Under the pieces are notes generated by a model that was not told the origin of the DNA, did no database searches, and was given only the letters and a program-made list of their open reading frames with translations. Below are positions 7,950 through 16,765 of a stretch of 32,000 nt of DNA, in pieces. The DNA is from Candidatus Baldrarchaeota archaeon (GTDB lineage Archaea > Asgardarchaeota > Baldrarchaeia > Baldrarchaeales > DXJG01), in NCBI GenBank assembly GCA_019056805.1, contig DXJG01000002.1, positions 517 to 32,516 of the forward strand, read 5' to 3'. The translations under genes were made by a program, and so were the position numbers. The number at the start of each line of letters is the position of its first letter. Within the stretch, counting starts at the first letter, position 1.

Positions 7950-9613
7950 AATATCATTGGAGCCTTGTATTCCCCAAAAACATCTCTCAAAACATCACAT
8001 ATTTCTCCAATTGTCGCATAAGATTTTACAGCATCTATAGTAACTGGTAATATATTCTCATCGCTCTCAGCAACCTCCCTCATCTTTTGAAGAACTTCCT
8101 TAACTCTACTATTATCCCTACTAGCCCTTAATTCCCTAATACGTTCTATTTGTCTCCTCTCAACCTCAGGATCAACTTTAAGAATCTCATAAGAAAGCTC
8201 CTCATCTATAACATATTTATTAATACCAACAATACACCGTTCCCCGTTCTCCACTTCTTTCTGGGTCTTATACGCAGAATCAGCAATTTCACGCTGAATA
8301 TATCCAGACTTAATTGCAGCAACAGCCCCACCCATCTTCTCAATCTTCTCAATATATCTTAACGCTCTATCCTCAATCTCATTTGTCAACCACTCAACAT
8401 AATATGAACCGCCAAGAGGATCAACCGTATTAGCAACCCCGGATTCCTCAGCAATAATCTGCTGAGTACGTAATGCTATACGAACCGCTTTCTCGGTAGG
8501 CAAACACAATGCTTCATCATAAGAATTAGTATGAAGAGATTGAGCACCACCCAACACCGCAGCCAATGCTTGAATAGCAACTCTCACAATATTTATCTCC
8601 GACTGCTGAGCAGTTAAAGTGGACCCGCAAGTCTGAACATGAAACCTAAGACGCATAGACCTAGGATTCTTCGCATCAAACTTCTCCTTCATTATCCGTG
8701 CCCATAACCTCCTAGCAGCCCTAAACTTTGCTATCTCCTCAAAAAAATCATTATGCACCCCAAAGAAAAACGAAATTCTAGAAGCAAAATCATCAACATC
8801 AAGACCCCTATCTATCGCTGCCTTCACATACTCAATAGCATTAGCAAAAGTAAAAGCAACCTCTTGAACCGCGTTACATCCAGCTTCACGCATATGATAA
8901 CCACTCACACTAATAAAATTCCACCTAGGCATATTTCTACAACTATACTCAATAATATCAACAACCAACCTCATAGAAGGCTCAGGAGGAAAAATATATT
9001 GTCCCCTTGCAATATACTCCTTCAAAATATCATTCTGCACTGTACCACTTAACTCCTTCAAAGAAACCCCCTGCATTTCACCTATCGCAATATACATCGC
9101 CTGAAGAATATGCGCCGTAGCATTAATTGTCATAGAAGTAGACACTTTTTCCAAAGGAATACCATCAAAAAGCCGCTCCATATCCCTAAGCGTAGGCACG
9201 GAAACCCCAACACGCCCAACCTCACCCGCCGCCAAAGGATGATCAGGATCAATCCCCACCTGCGTAGGAAGATCAAACGCCACACTTAAACCGGTCTGCC
9301 CCAACTCAAGAAGATACTTAAACCTCCTATTCGAATCCTCAGCAGTCCCATAACCAGCATATTGCCGCATGGTCCAAAGACGACCCCTATACATCGTATG
9401 ATAAACACCACGAATATACGGATACCTACCAGAAAAACTGAGGTCCCTAAGATAATCAAAATCCTCCAAATCAAGAGGAGTATACAACCGCTTCACAGGA
9501 ATTCCCGAAGAAGTCACAAACTTCTCCTTCCTCTCACCAAACCGAGAAGCCTCATAATTCCACGCCTCTTTTTCCTTCCTCAACAACTCCAAACTTTTCC
9601 TATCAAAACTCAT
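7946..9613 (-). CDS. mcmA: Methylmalonyl-CoA mutase, large (substrate-binding) subunit of a split enzyme
   Basis: WTMRQYAG (Tyr89 equivalent), [10 protein letters not shown] (Gln197/Arg207), SGYHM.EAG (His244), SLHTN; no C-terminal DxHxxG B12-binding domain; ATG 9613 preferred over TTG 9625. Confidence 0.95.
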   Translation of the reverse strand: MSFDRKSLELLRKEKEAWNYEASRFGERKEKFVTSSGIPVKRLYTPLDLEDFDYLRDLSFSGRYPYIRGVYHTMYRGRLWTMRQYAGYGTAEDSNRRFKYLLELGQTGLSVAFDLPTQVGIDPDHPLAAGEVGRVGVSVPTLRDMERLFDGIPLEKVSTSMTINATAHILQAMYIAIGEMQGVSLKELSGTVQNDILKEYIARGQYIFPPEPSMRLVVDIIEYSCRNMPRWNFISVSGYHMREAGCNAVQEVAFTFANAIEYVKAAIDRGLDVDDFASRISFFFGVHNDFFEEIAKFRAARRLWARIMKEKFDAKNPRSMRLRFHVQTCGSTLTAQQSEINIVRVAIQALAAVLGGAQSLHTNSYDEALCLPTEKAVRIALRTQQIIAEESGVANTVDPLGGSYYVEWLTNEIEDRALRYIEKIEKMGGAVAAIKSGYIQREIADSAYKTQKEVENGERCIVGINKYVIDEELSYEILKVDPEVERRQIERIRELRASRDNSRVKEVLQKMREVAESDENILPVTIDAVKSYATIGEICDVLRDVFGEYKAPMIF

Positions 9614-9649
9614 GGCAAACACCAAACCTCATCCATTACCATGAAAATC

Positions 9650-10130
9650 CCATTTTTAAATCCTCATACACATTTATCAAAATATCTCCTACACAAAACT
9701 AGGACAATCAAACAAAAACAACAATACAGACAAAACTATCAGGTGTATCAAAATATTTCACATAACCCAAAACACAAAAATATTAAATAATATCTCACAA
9801 AGCAATAAAAACGATGGAGCCGCCGCCGGGCTTCGAACCCGGGACCTCCTCCTTACCAAGGAGGCGCTTTGGTCGGTTCTTGATGTGTTTTTTCTCTGAC
9901 CAGGCTGAGCTACGGCGGCTTTTTGTTGTTTTGTAGGTTTTTGTTGTTGTTTCTATGTTTTTATGGTTTTTATTTTTGTTGTTGGTTTGGTGGTGGTGTT
10001 TTATATTTGTGTTTGTTTGTTTTTATTTGTTTTTCTATTGTTTGTTGTGTTGTTGTTTTTTGTGGTAAGGTTTTAATGTTGTTATAGTAGGTCTTATAAG
10101 TAAATTGTTGGTATTGTTTAGTTGATGGTG
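9650..10130. other. Extreme strand-skew switch: A/C-rich left flank, G/T-rich right flank of tRNA-Thr(GGU)
   Basis: Hand count: 7 G in 9661-9810; 2 C and 12 A in 9921-10080. Confidence 0.9.
9815..9919 (-). tRNA. tRNA-Thr(GGU) with 27-nt intron at 22/23 (9869-9895)
   Basis: Reverse strand GCCGCCG..GCTC..CCTCC-TT-GGT-AA-GGAGG..CCGGG-TTCGAAG-CCCGG-CGGCGGC-TCCA; perfect GGTC:GACC BHB helix. Confidence 0.95.
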
Positions 10131-10134
10131 AAGT

Positions 10135-10809
10135 ATGATGAGTGTTGTTCTCATCGGGACGGTCATTTTGCAGTTGTTAAATATATTTGATATGGTGTTT
10201 TCGTTTTTTGAAGGGATTAAGGATGTTATTTCGGATTTTCTTGGGATTCCTATTCCTGATGAGGCTTGGATTTCGTTTTGGTTGTTTGTGGCTCTGGTTA
10301 TTTCGACTTATGTTTTATCGCTAGGAAAGGGACCTGTGGAGTCGGGTTTTCCTATCGATGAGGTGGGTGCTGAGTCGGCTGCGGTGTTTAAGGCTGAGGA
10401 GGTTGCTGCTAGGTCGGCGTTAGAGTTTTTGGATGATGCTTTTAATAAGGGTGAGGTTTCTGAGCAGTTGTTTAATAGGTTGAAGTCTTTCTATTCTAGT
10501 AAGTTGGATAGGATTAGTGAGCAGCTGGCTCGTTTAAGTAGATTTGAAGAAATTAGAGGTATTGATCTTGAACTTGAGGAGGCTAAGCGAGAATTTTTGG
10601 AGAGGCTAAAACCACCGTCTGAAGTTGAGAGACCAGCGGTTAGGGAGGAACCGGTTGTCGAGGAAGTTGCGGTTCCTAAGGTTGAGGAGGCTAAGGTTGA
10701 GCCTACTGTTCCTTCTGCTCCGAAAGGGGAGACGCTTGTTCAGGTTTTAAGAGATGAGATGTTGAGGGAGCTTCGTAGGTTAAAGGAAATTATAGAGAAG
10801 TCCAGTTAA
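10135..10809 (+). CDS. Hypothetical membrane-anchored coiled-coil protein
   Basis: Hydrophobic N-terminus, helical hairpin LEFLDDAFNKGEVSEQLFNRLK, Pro/Glu/Val-rich linker, C-terminal amphipathic helix; GGTGA SD; apparently operonic with rpiA. Confidence 0.75.
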   Translation: MMSVVLIGTVILQLLNIFDMVFSFFEGIKDVISDFLGIPIPDEAWISFWLFVALVISTYVLSLGKGPVESGFPIDEVGAESAAVFKAEEVAARSALEFLDDAFNKGEVSEQLFNRLKSFYSSKLDRISEQLARLSRFEEIRGIDLELEEAKREFLERLKPPSEVERPAVREEPVVEEVAVPKVEEAKVEPTVPSAPKGETLVQVLRDEMLRELRRLKEIIEKSS

Positions 10810-10822
10810 GGACGGTGTATTT

Positions 10823-11527
10823 ATGGCTGGTTTTGACGAGAGGGAGAGTGCTAAAGTTAATGCTGCTGAGGCTGCTGTTAAGTTGGTGAAGGATGGACAA
10901 GTTCTTGGTATTGGGAGTGGATCTACTGTTGAGCATTTTATTAGGTTGTTAGGGGAACGTATTAGGAAGGAAGAGTTAGAGGTTTATGGTGTTCCTTCTT
11001 CTTTTCAATCGTATTTTCTTGCGTTAGATAGTGGTATTCGTATTGTTGGTTTAGATGAGTTTGATGTGCTTGATTTAGCTGTTGATGGTGCTGATGAGGT
11101 CGATTCCGACCTAAATTTGATTAAGGGTGGTGGTGGAGCTTTTACTAGAGAGAAAATTGTTGATTCTGCAGCGAAGGAATTTGTGGTAATTGTTGATTGG
11201 TCTAAAAAGGTTAATCGACTTGGTGAGAAGTTTCCTGTTCCTGTAGAGGTTCTGCCTTTTGCATATGGTTATGTTTGCCGTAGGTTGAGGAAGCTTGGTG
11301 GGGAGCCAATTCTTAGAAAAGCTAAGCTTAAATTGGGCCCAGTTATCTCTGATAATGGTAATTTCATTGTTGATGTGAAATTTTCGAGAATTAAAGATGT
11401 TAAGAACTTGGAAAGAGATATAAATAATATTCCGGGTGTTGTCGATAACGGCATTTTTCCATCGAGTTTAGTGGATATCGTTTTTGTTGGGTATAGCGAT
11501 AGAGTTGAGATATTGAAGCGTGAATGA
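10823..11527 (+). CDS. rpiA: Ribose-5-phosphate isomerase A
   Basis: GIGSGST, DGADEVD, IKGGGGA.TREK, PVEV.P, SDNGN, IPGVVDNG motifs. Confidence 0.97.
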   Translation: MAGFDERESAKVNAAEAAVKLVKDGQVLGIGSGSTVEHFIRLLGERIRKEELEVYGVPSSFQSYFLALDSGIRIVGLDEFDVLDLAVDGADEVDSDLNLIKGGGGAFTREKIVDSAAKEFVVIVDWSKKVNRLGEKFPVPVEVLPFAYGYVCRRLRKLGGEPILRKAKLKLGPVISDNGNFIVDVKFSRIKDVKNLERDINNIPGVVDNGIFPSSLVDIVFVGYSDRVEILKRE

Positions 11528-11528
11528 T

Positions 11529-13130
11529 TTAGTCTGCATAAATTTTTTTCCCTTGTTTTAATACCTCTTCAAGTATTTTTCCATAGTTGCTATTTTTTCT
11601 GATTCTTACTTCTCCTCGTTTTCCGACCTTAACCGCAAATAATAAGTCTTGGTCAGCATAAAAATTAACTAATTTTCTTGCTAGTGGTGGTGGAACAAGA
11701 AGGATATAGTATTTACGCGTAATGTCTATTTCCACAGGTAATTTTTCTCTTTTAGTAACTTCTCTTCTAACTTTTCCTTTTTTTACTTCCTTTATGGGGG
11801 AAACAACTACTTGTTCTCCGAAGACGTATATTTCGTATTCCAGTCCTCCTTTTTCAAAATCTCTGACTTCAATAACTGGTCGGGCTAAATCTCTTTCAGT
11901 CATTCCGGATGGAACTTTTACCGTGAGGTTTAGAGAGTATACTTTTTCTATTCTTCCGCCTTTAATGAAAATTACGGTGTCTATAACTCTACTGATTAGG
12001 CCTAAGTCTACTCTTCCAATGAATCGTTGTATGGCATCTATTGCTTGTGTTGCATGAACAACACCTATCATTCCTACACCAGCGAATCTTAAGTCTGCGA
12101 AGATTTTGAAATCTCTGGTTTTTCGAAGTTCATCAAAAATACAGTAGTCGGGTCTTACGAGTAATAGCACATCGGCTGTCTTCTCTAAACTACCTTTTAG
12201 AGCGGTATATTGAGTTATATCCGGGCCTACCTGTAAGTCTCTGGGTTTTTCGATTGTTTTCACAATTTTGTTCATGCTGCTATAAAATTCGGCTAGTGCT
12301 GATGCGAAGGTACTTTTACCCGCGCCGGGTGGACCTGCGATTAATATGCCTTCTGCTCTTTCTTTTAGTCGTTTAAGGAGTCTATCTGATACGTTGTAAT
12401 CGTTTATTGTCATTTTGACAAGGGGTCTTACGGCTGTTATTTCCATTCCATCTGAGAAGGGAGGTCTTGCGATCGCAATTCTGTATTCTCCCATTTGTAC
12501 AACGGTTGCTCCAGGTTCGTCGATTTCTATAAAAGCGTCTTTTTCACTTCTTGTTCTTTCTATTATGTCCATAGCGATGCTTTGCAATTCTTCGAGGCTT
12601 ACGGGGTCTTCTCTGATTTTTACTAACTCCCAGTGACCAGGGGTGCCTCTTTTTGCAAGGGGAGGAACTCCTTCTTTCAGATGCACTGACATGACATTTT
12701 CCGAGAAGAAATCTTCGATTTTAATCCTTTTTCTTTTGATTTTTATATATTCTGTTTCTATTCCTTCAATTTTGGCTAGAGAAGCTTGAATATGATCACT
12801 AGTAATTAGCTTGGCATTTAGCTCTTTTGCTTGTCTTCTTATTAGAGCATCTATTTCTCCCTTCGATGCGTATTTTATTTGTCCTGGATCTGGTCTTTCT
12901 CCGACAAATTCTAGTTCTATTTTGTTTTCTTCTGCTAGTTTTCTGAGTTTTTTCAACTCTTCTAGCCCTGCGTATCCAACAGCTTTCCCTATGTTTGCTT
13001 GGTATTCTATTTCTGCAATAACAGCGTTGGGTATGGCTATTTTTACATTACTTAGTTTATTTTCCCTTATTTTACGGGATAACCATCCTTCTATGATGAT
13101 TGACGTGTCGGGTACTATGATTTTTGTCAT
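11529..13130 (-). CDS. PIN-domain ATPase (PINA/VirB11-like family)
   Basis: N-terminal PIN (VPDTS..I..V.AE.E), Walker [26 protein letters not shown] motifs. Confidence 0.9.
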   Translation of the reverse strand: MTKIIVPDTSIIIEGWLSRKIRENKLSNVKIAIPNAVIAEIEYQANIGKAVGYAGLEELKKLRKLAEENKIELEFVGERPDPGQIKYASKGEIDALIRRQAKELNAKLITSDHIQASLAKIEGIETEYIKIKRKRIKIEDFFSENVMSVHLKEGVPPLAKRGTPGHWELVKIREDPVSLEELQSIAMDIIERTRSEKDAFIEIDEPGATVVQMGEYRIAIARPPFSDGMEITAVRPLVKMTINDYNVSDRLLKRLKERAEGILIAGPPGAGKSTFASALAEFYSSMNKIVKTIEKPRDLQVGPDITQYTALKGSLEKTADVLLLVRPDYCIFDELRKTRDFKIFADLRFAGVGMIGVVHATQAIDAIQRFIGRVDLGLISRVIDTVIFIKGGRIEKVYSLNLTVKVPSGMTERDLARPVIEVRDFEKGGLEYEIYVFGEQVVVSPIKEVKKGKVRREVTKREKLPVEIDITRKYYILLVPPPLARKLVNFYADQDLLFAVKVGKRGEVRIRKNSNYGKILEEVLKQGKKIYAD

Positions 13131-13235
13131 ACATTTTTCACCATTGTTTAAAGTAGAATCAAGAAGGTGAGTTACGACTTAAATATATTTTTTTCTAAAT
13201 GATAAAGAAGATTTCTTAACAGTAAAATCAAAATC

Positions 13236-13772
13236 TTAGAGCTCTAAACGTGAAACTTTATAATACGTTATATCTCCCTGTCTGTCTACAATTGCCAATA
13301 TTAATTCTTTTCCCATACTTCGTGCTGCTTTAGTTATTTTATCAAGTTCGGTTAAACTAAATGGTTTTCCTTCTTCTACTATTCCAACTAGATATTTAGC
13401 TACATCTTTTCCTACTTTTGCCCCTCTTTCGTACAGGCGATATTCAGCGACTTCTCCTGGACCCTGCCTAACTATGTAACCTCGGGATCTTAGGTCTCTG
13501 TAGACGATATATTTTATCCAAATTTCTTTATCTACTTTTTCAAGATATTTCATCAAATCGTTGAAACTGTATTCATTTCCGCCGTTGTCAATAACTTTTA
13601 TCTTGTTTCTCTCTAGAAGTATTAACGCTTCAACAGGGTTAAGTATCAGCTTTTCATCTGAAACTAATTCTCCATAATATCCTTGATTATAAAGCTTTGC
13701 AACATCTTTTCCTTCTATTATCACCGAGGTATCTATGAGTTTTCCGCAAGCTACGATTTCTTCCTCTTCCAT
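13236..13772 (-). CDS. endA: tRNA splicing endonuclease subunit, probably non-catalytic (beta)
   Basis: L.PVEAL.L, VYRDLRSRGY, RLYERG, LAIVD..GDITYY; Tyr114 and Lys155 present but Val124 occupies the catalytic His position and the KYG motif is lost. Confidence 0.88.
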   Translation of the reverse strand: MEEEEIVACGKLIDTSVIIEGKDVAKLYNQGYYGELVSDEKLILNPVEALILLERNKIKVIDNGGNEYSFNDLMKYLEKVDKEIWIKYIVYRDLRSRGYIVRQGPGEVAEYRLYERGAKVGKDVAKYLVGIVEEGKPFSLTELDKITKAARSMGKELILAIVDRQGDITYYKVSRLEL

Positions 13773-13851
13773 TTTTATCCCCTTTGTAAGAAAATATTTA
13801 TCCTTAAAATTTTTTGGTAAAGCATGAAAACATAACGTGGTAGTGGTTTAA

Positions 13852-14355
13852 ATGACAGTTGAAGAAAAAATTCTTAAATTCTTGAAAGACGCGGATAGAA
13901 TCGTTATAATGGGTATTGGAAATATACTTAGAGGAGATGATGCCGCTGGAGTTGTAATTACCCGTAAAATTGCCTTAAATGTACCTGAGAATGTTCTAGT
14001 TATAGATTGTGGTTCAACTCCAGAGAATTATCTAGGAAAAATTGTAAAATTTAATCCTTCACACATTCTAATAATAGACACAGTTATTGTTAACGGAGAA
14101 CCGGGAGAAATAAAGGTGGTTGACGAATCGCAAATTGTAGATACTCTATCTTTCTCCACACACAAACCTTCAATTCATATCTTGATTAAGTATATTAAGG
14201 GCATTCTTAAGGGAGTAAAATTTTTGGTTCTCGGAATACAGCCTAAAAAACTTACATTAGGAGAAGAAATGTCAGAAGAGGTAAAAAATGCTGTAAATAA
14301 GATTAGCGATATGTTAATGAAGATTTTACAATCTTCACGGGATGGTGGTGAATAG
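13852..14355 (+). CDS. hycI: Hydrogenase maturation protease (HycI family)
   Basis: MGIGN.LRGDDAAG, TPEN, IIDT, STH, LGIQP, LGE.MS.EV motifs. Confidence 0.9.
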   Translation: MTVEEKILKFLKDADRIVIMGIGNILRGDDAAGVVITRKIALNVPENVLVIDCGSTPENYLGKIVKFNPSHILIIDTVIVNGEPGEIKVVDESQIVDTLSFSTHKPSIHILIKYIKGILKGVKFLVLGIQPKKLTLGEEMSEEVKNAVNKISDMLMKILQSSRDGGE

Positions 14356-14357
14356 TT

Positions 14358-15392
14358 TTGCGAATAAGAAGCATCGAATGGAAGAAAAACAAAGTTATCA
14401 TTATTAATCAGTTAAAATTACCTGAAAAAATTGAATATATCGAGTGTATCACACCGGAGAGATTAATAGAAGCAATAAAAAAGATGGAGATACGGGGAGC
14501 ACCTGCAATAGGAGCAGCTGCAGCATATACTCTAGCTTTGACAGCAATTAAAAACAGATCGAAAACGAAAAAAGAACTTTTAAAGAAAATACATGAGATG
14601 GCTGGTAAATTAAAATCTACACGGCCAACTGCAGTAAATCTCTTTTGGGCTGTTGACAGAATATTAAAAATCATAGAACATGTAGAAGGACCGGTTAATG
14701 AAATTGTTACAGCAGTAGTAAGTGAAGCTATGAAAATAGCAGAGGAAGACGTGAAAGCTAATAAGTTAATTGGTAAATATGGAGCAGAATTGATAAGTGA
14801 CGGAGATAATATATTGACTCATTGCAACACTGGGGCTCTTGCAACAGTCGACTATGGTACAGCTCTCGGCATTATAAGAGCAGCGGTAGAGGAAGGGAAA
14901 AGAGTTCATGTTTACGTTACTGAAACACGACCAAAACTGCAAGGAGCTAGACTGACAGCTTTAGAATTAAAATATGAAAATATTCCAGTTACGGTCATAT
15001 GTGATAATATGGTTGGTTATGTTATGCAAAAAGGGTTAATAAATAAGATTTTTGTTGGTGCTGATAGAATATTGAGAACAGGACATGTTATAAACAAAAT
15101 TGGAACATATACCATTGCTATCTCAGCAAGCTATCATAATATTCCCTTTTATGTTGCAGCTCCTACATCAACCTTTGATCTAGAAACGTCCATAAATCAG
15201 GTTAAAATAGAAGAGAGGCCTTCAGAAGAGGTGGCATTTTGCGGTAATGTAAGAATAGTACCTGAGGGTGTAAATATTTTTAATCCCGCCTTTGATATAA
15301 CTCCTCCTGAACTGGTGAACGCTATTATTACAGAAAAAGGTATATTAGAACCCCCTCTTGACCGCGCAATCGTAAAGATATTTAACCTTTAG
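14358..15392 (+). CDS. mtnA: S-methyl-5-thioribose-1-phosphate isomerase
   Basis: IRGAPAIG, TRPTAVNL, THCNTGALAT..YGTALG, ETRP.LQGARLT, GADRI, NKIGTY, NPAFD.TP motifs; TTG start. Confidence 0.95.
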   Translation: MRIRSIEWKKNKVIIINQLKLPEKIEYIECITPERLIEAIKKMEIRGAPAIGAAAAYTLALTAIKNRSKTKKELLKKIHEMAGKLKSTRPTAVNLFWAVDRILKIIEHVEGPVNEIVTAVVSEAMKIAEEDVKANKLIGKYGAELISDGDNILTHCNTGALATVDYGTALGIIRAAVEEGKRVHVYVTETRPKLQGARLTALELKYENIPVTVICDNMVGYVMQKGLINKIFVGADRILRTGHVINKIGTYTIAISASYHNIPFYVAAPTSTFDLETSINQVKIEERPSEEVAFCGNVRIVPEGVNIFNPAFDITPPELVNAIITEKGILEPPLDRAIVKIFNL

Positions 15393-16122
15393 TTGGCGGT
15401 TCTATTTGTACAAAAACATCCACGGGGATATTTTTATGCGAAGAAATATAGTTTTTCCACGAATTTCCTACAGCGATTAAGATAAATATTCCAACCAGCT
15501 TTGCTCCTGTTTTTTTCACTAAATTTATTAAGGCTCGTTGAGTTTCTCCGCTCCTTATAATGTCATCTACAATTAATATTCTATCACTAGAGGTAATACT
15601 TCCCTTCGGTAGGTATAGACTCATATAGACTCCCGAAGAACTTGGAATATAATTTTCCTCCAGAAACTCAGGAATACCAACTTCTTTTTCTTTTTTTGCG
15701 TAAATTAGATCAACGCCTAATTCGCTCGCGAAGAGTACAGCAATGGGAATACCGTCGGTGGAGGCTGTTAAAACTTTCGAAATTTTCTTGTTAACATATT
15801 TTCCGACTACATGTTTTATGATTAATCTAAGCATTGGAATATCAAAAATTATAGGAGTATTATCAAAATATCCGAGTCTATCGAATTTAATTCTATTTTT
15901 TACTTCTTTTACAAGGTCAAATCGTTCTTCAAAGAATTTTAAAATTTTTCTAGCTCTATCAATTCTGGGAACAACTCGCCCCATAACGTAGCGATTCAAA
16001 ACGCTAACAGGTAAATTCAACATCTTAGAAAGTTCTTCATAAGTATATCTCTTTTTTAAAATTCTCAATATCTCAACTGCACCCAGTCTTTCTTGTAATT
16101 CAAACCACTGAGAATTGCTCAC
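15382..16122 (-). CDS. HTH-phosphoribosyltransferase fusion (APRT/PurR-like)
   Basis: N-terminal HTH TYEELSKMLNLPVSVLNRYV; PRPP loop ILIVDDIIRSGET; GTG start with GAGGTG SD. Confidence 0.85.
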   Translation of the reverse strand: MSNSQWFELQERLGAVEILRILKKRYTYEELSKMLNLPVSVLNRYVMGRVVPRIDRARKILKFFEERFDLVKEVKNRIKFDRLGYFDNTPIIFDIPMLRLIIKHVVGKYVNKKISKVLTASTDGIPIAVLFASELGVDLIYAKKEKEVGIPEFLEENYIPSSSGVYMSLYLPKGSITSSDRILIVDDIIRSGETQRALINLVKKTGAKLVGIFILIAVGNSWKNYISSHKNIPVDVFVQIEPPTKG

Positions 16123-16422
16123 ACTCTACACCTCTAAAAATGATGCTATCAGCTGAACATAATCATTAAAATCATACAAAACAATAAATAATATAAAATA
16201 TACCAAAAACATAATTCTAATTAAACTAATATATCGAACTTCCATCGTTGTTAATATATTCAAAGTTTTATCTATAGGATTAAAATACACGTTCTCTATG
16301 TACTATAAGCTTCACACAAAAACTTTAAAAAACAAAGGCATATAGCACAAGTACGCTAGAAAACTTAAAAATGCCTACCACACATATATAACGGAAACAT
16401 CTAACAGTACAAAGATCAAACT

Positions 16423-16519
16423 GCCCCGGTGGTGTAGCCCGGCCTAGCATGCGGGTCTGTCACAGGGCTACAACCCGTCAAAACCCGCGACCCGGGTTCA
16501 AATCCCGGCCGGGGCGCCA
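16423..16519 (+). tRNA. tRNA-Asp(GUC) with 19-nt intron at 38/39 (16464-16482)
   Basis: GCCCCGG/CCGGGGC acceptor, CGGGT-CT-GTC-AC/ACCCG; the BHB register fits only 38/39 (TGTC:GTCA with one T:T, plus GGG:CCC intron helix). Confidence 0.93.
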
Positions 16520-16765
16520 ATGCTTTGTTTTATAAGAGTGAAAAGTTTGATGTTGCCTTGTATAATTCGTGGATACTTTCGTTAGCTGTGGGGCTGTTAA
16601 TTGTGGTGCGAAAAAAATATAAGTTCGTAGTTTTCTCATGGAATGAGAAAATTTATAAAGTTATTTGCATGATTGCTATGTTTACGATGAAATTGGTTAT
16701 GTGGATTTTTATGAATTTTAATTTTATGGCTTTAGGAGACTACCCTATAATATGGAGGGGTTCTC

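Noticed and set aside
9362-9790. 142-aa + strand ORF overlapping mcmA
   Set aside because: Shadow ORF: the T-poor + strand makes few stop codons; K/N/T/Q/I-rich composition; antisense to a clear gene
9831-9837. G60 in the T-loop of tRNA-Thr(GGU) (TTCGAAG)
   Set aside because: Single variable position; no structural consequence can be supported
9921-10130. Possible CRISPR or tandem repeat in the TTG-rich tract
   Set aside because: No constant repeat unit or spacers; it is low-complexity skewed sequence
9650-10130. Canonical archaeal oriC
   Set aside because: No ORB-like TTCCAGTGGAAAC/G-string seen and no orc1/cdc6 gene in the window; kept only as a skew finding
13852-14355. hycI without hydrogenase genes nearby
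   Set aside because: Dispersed maturation proteases are common in archaea
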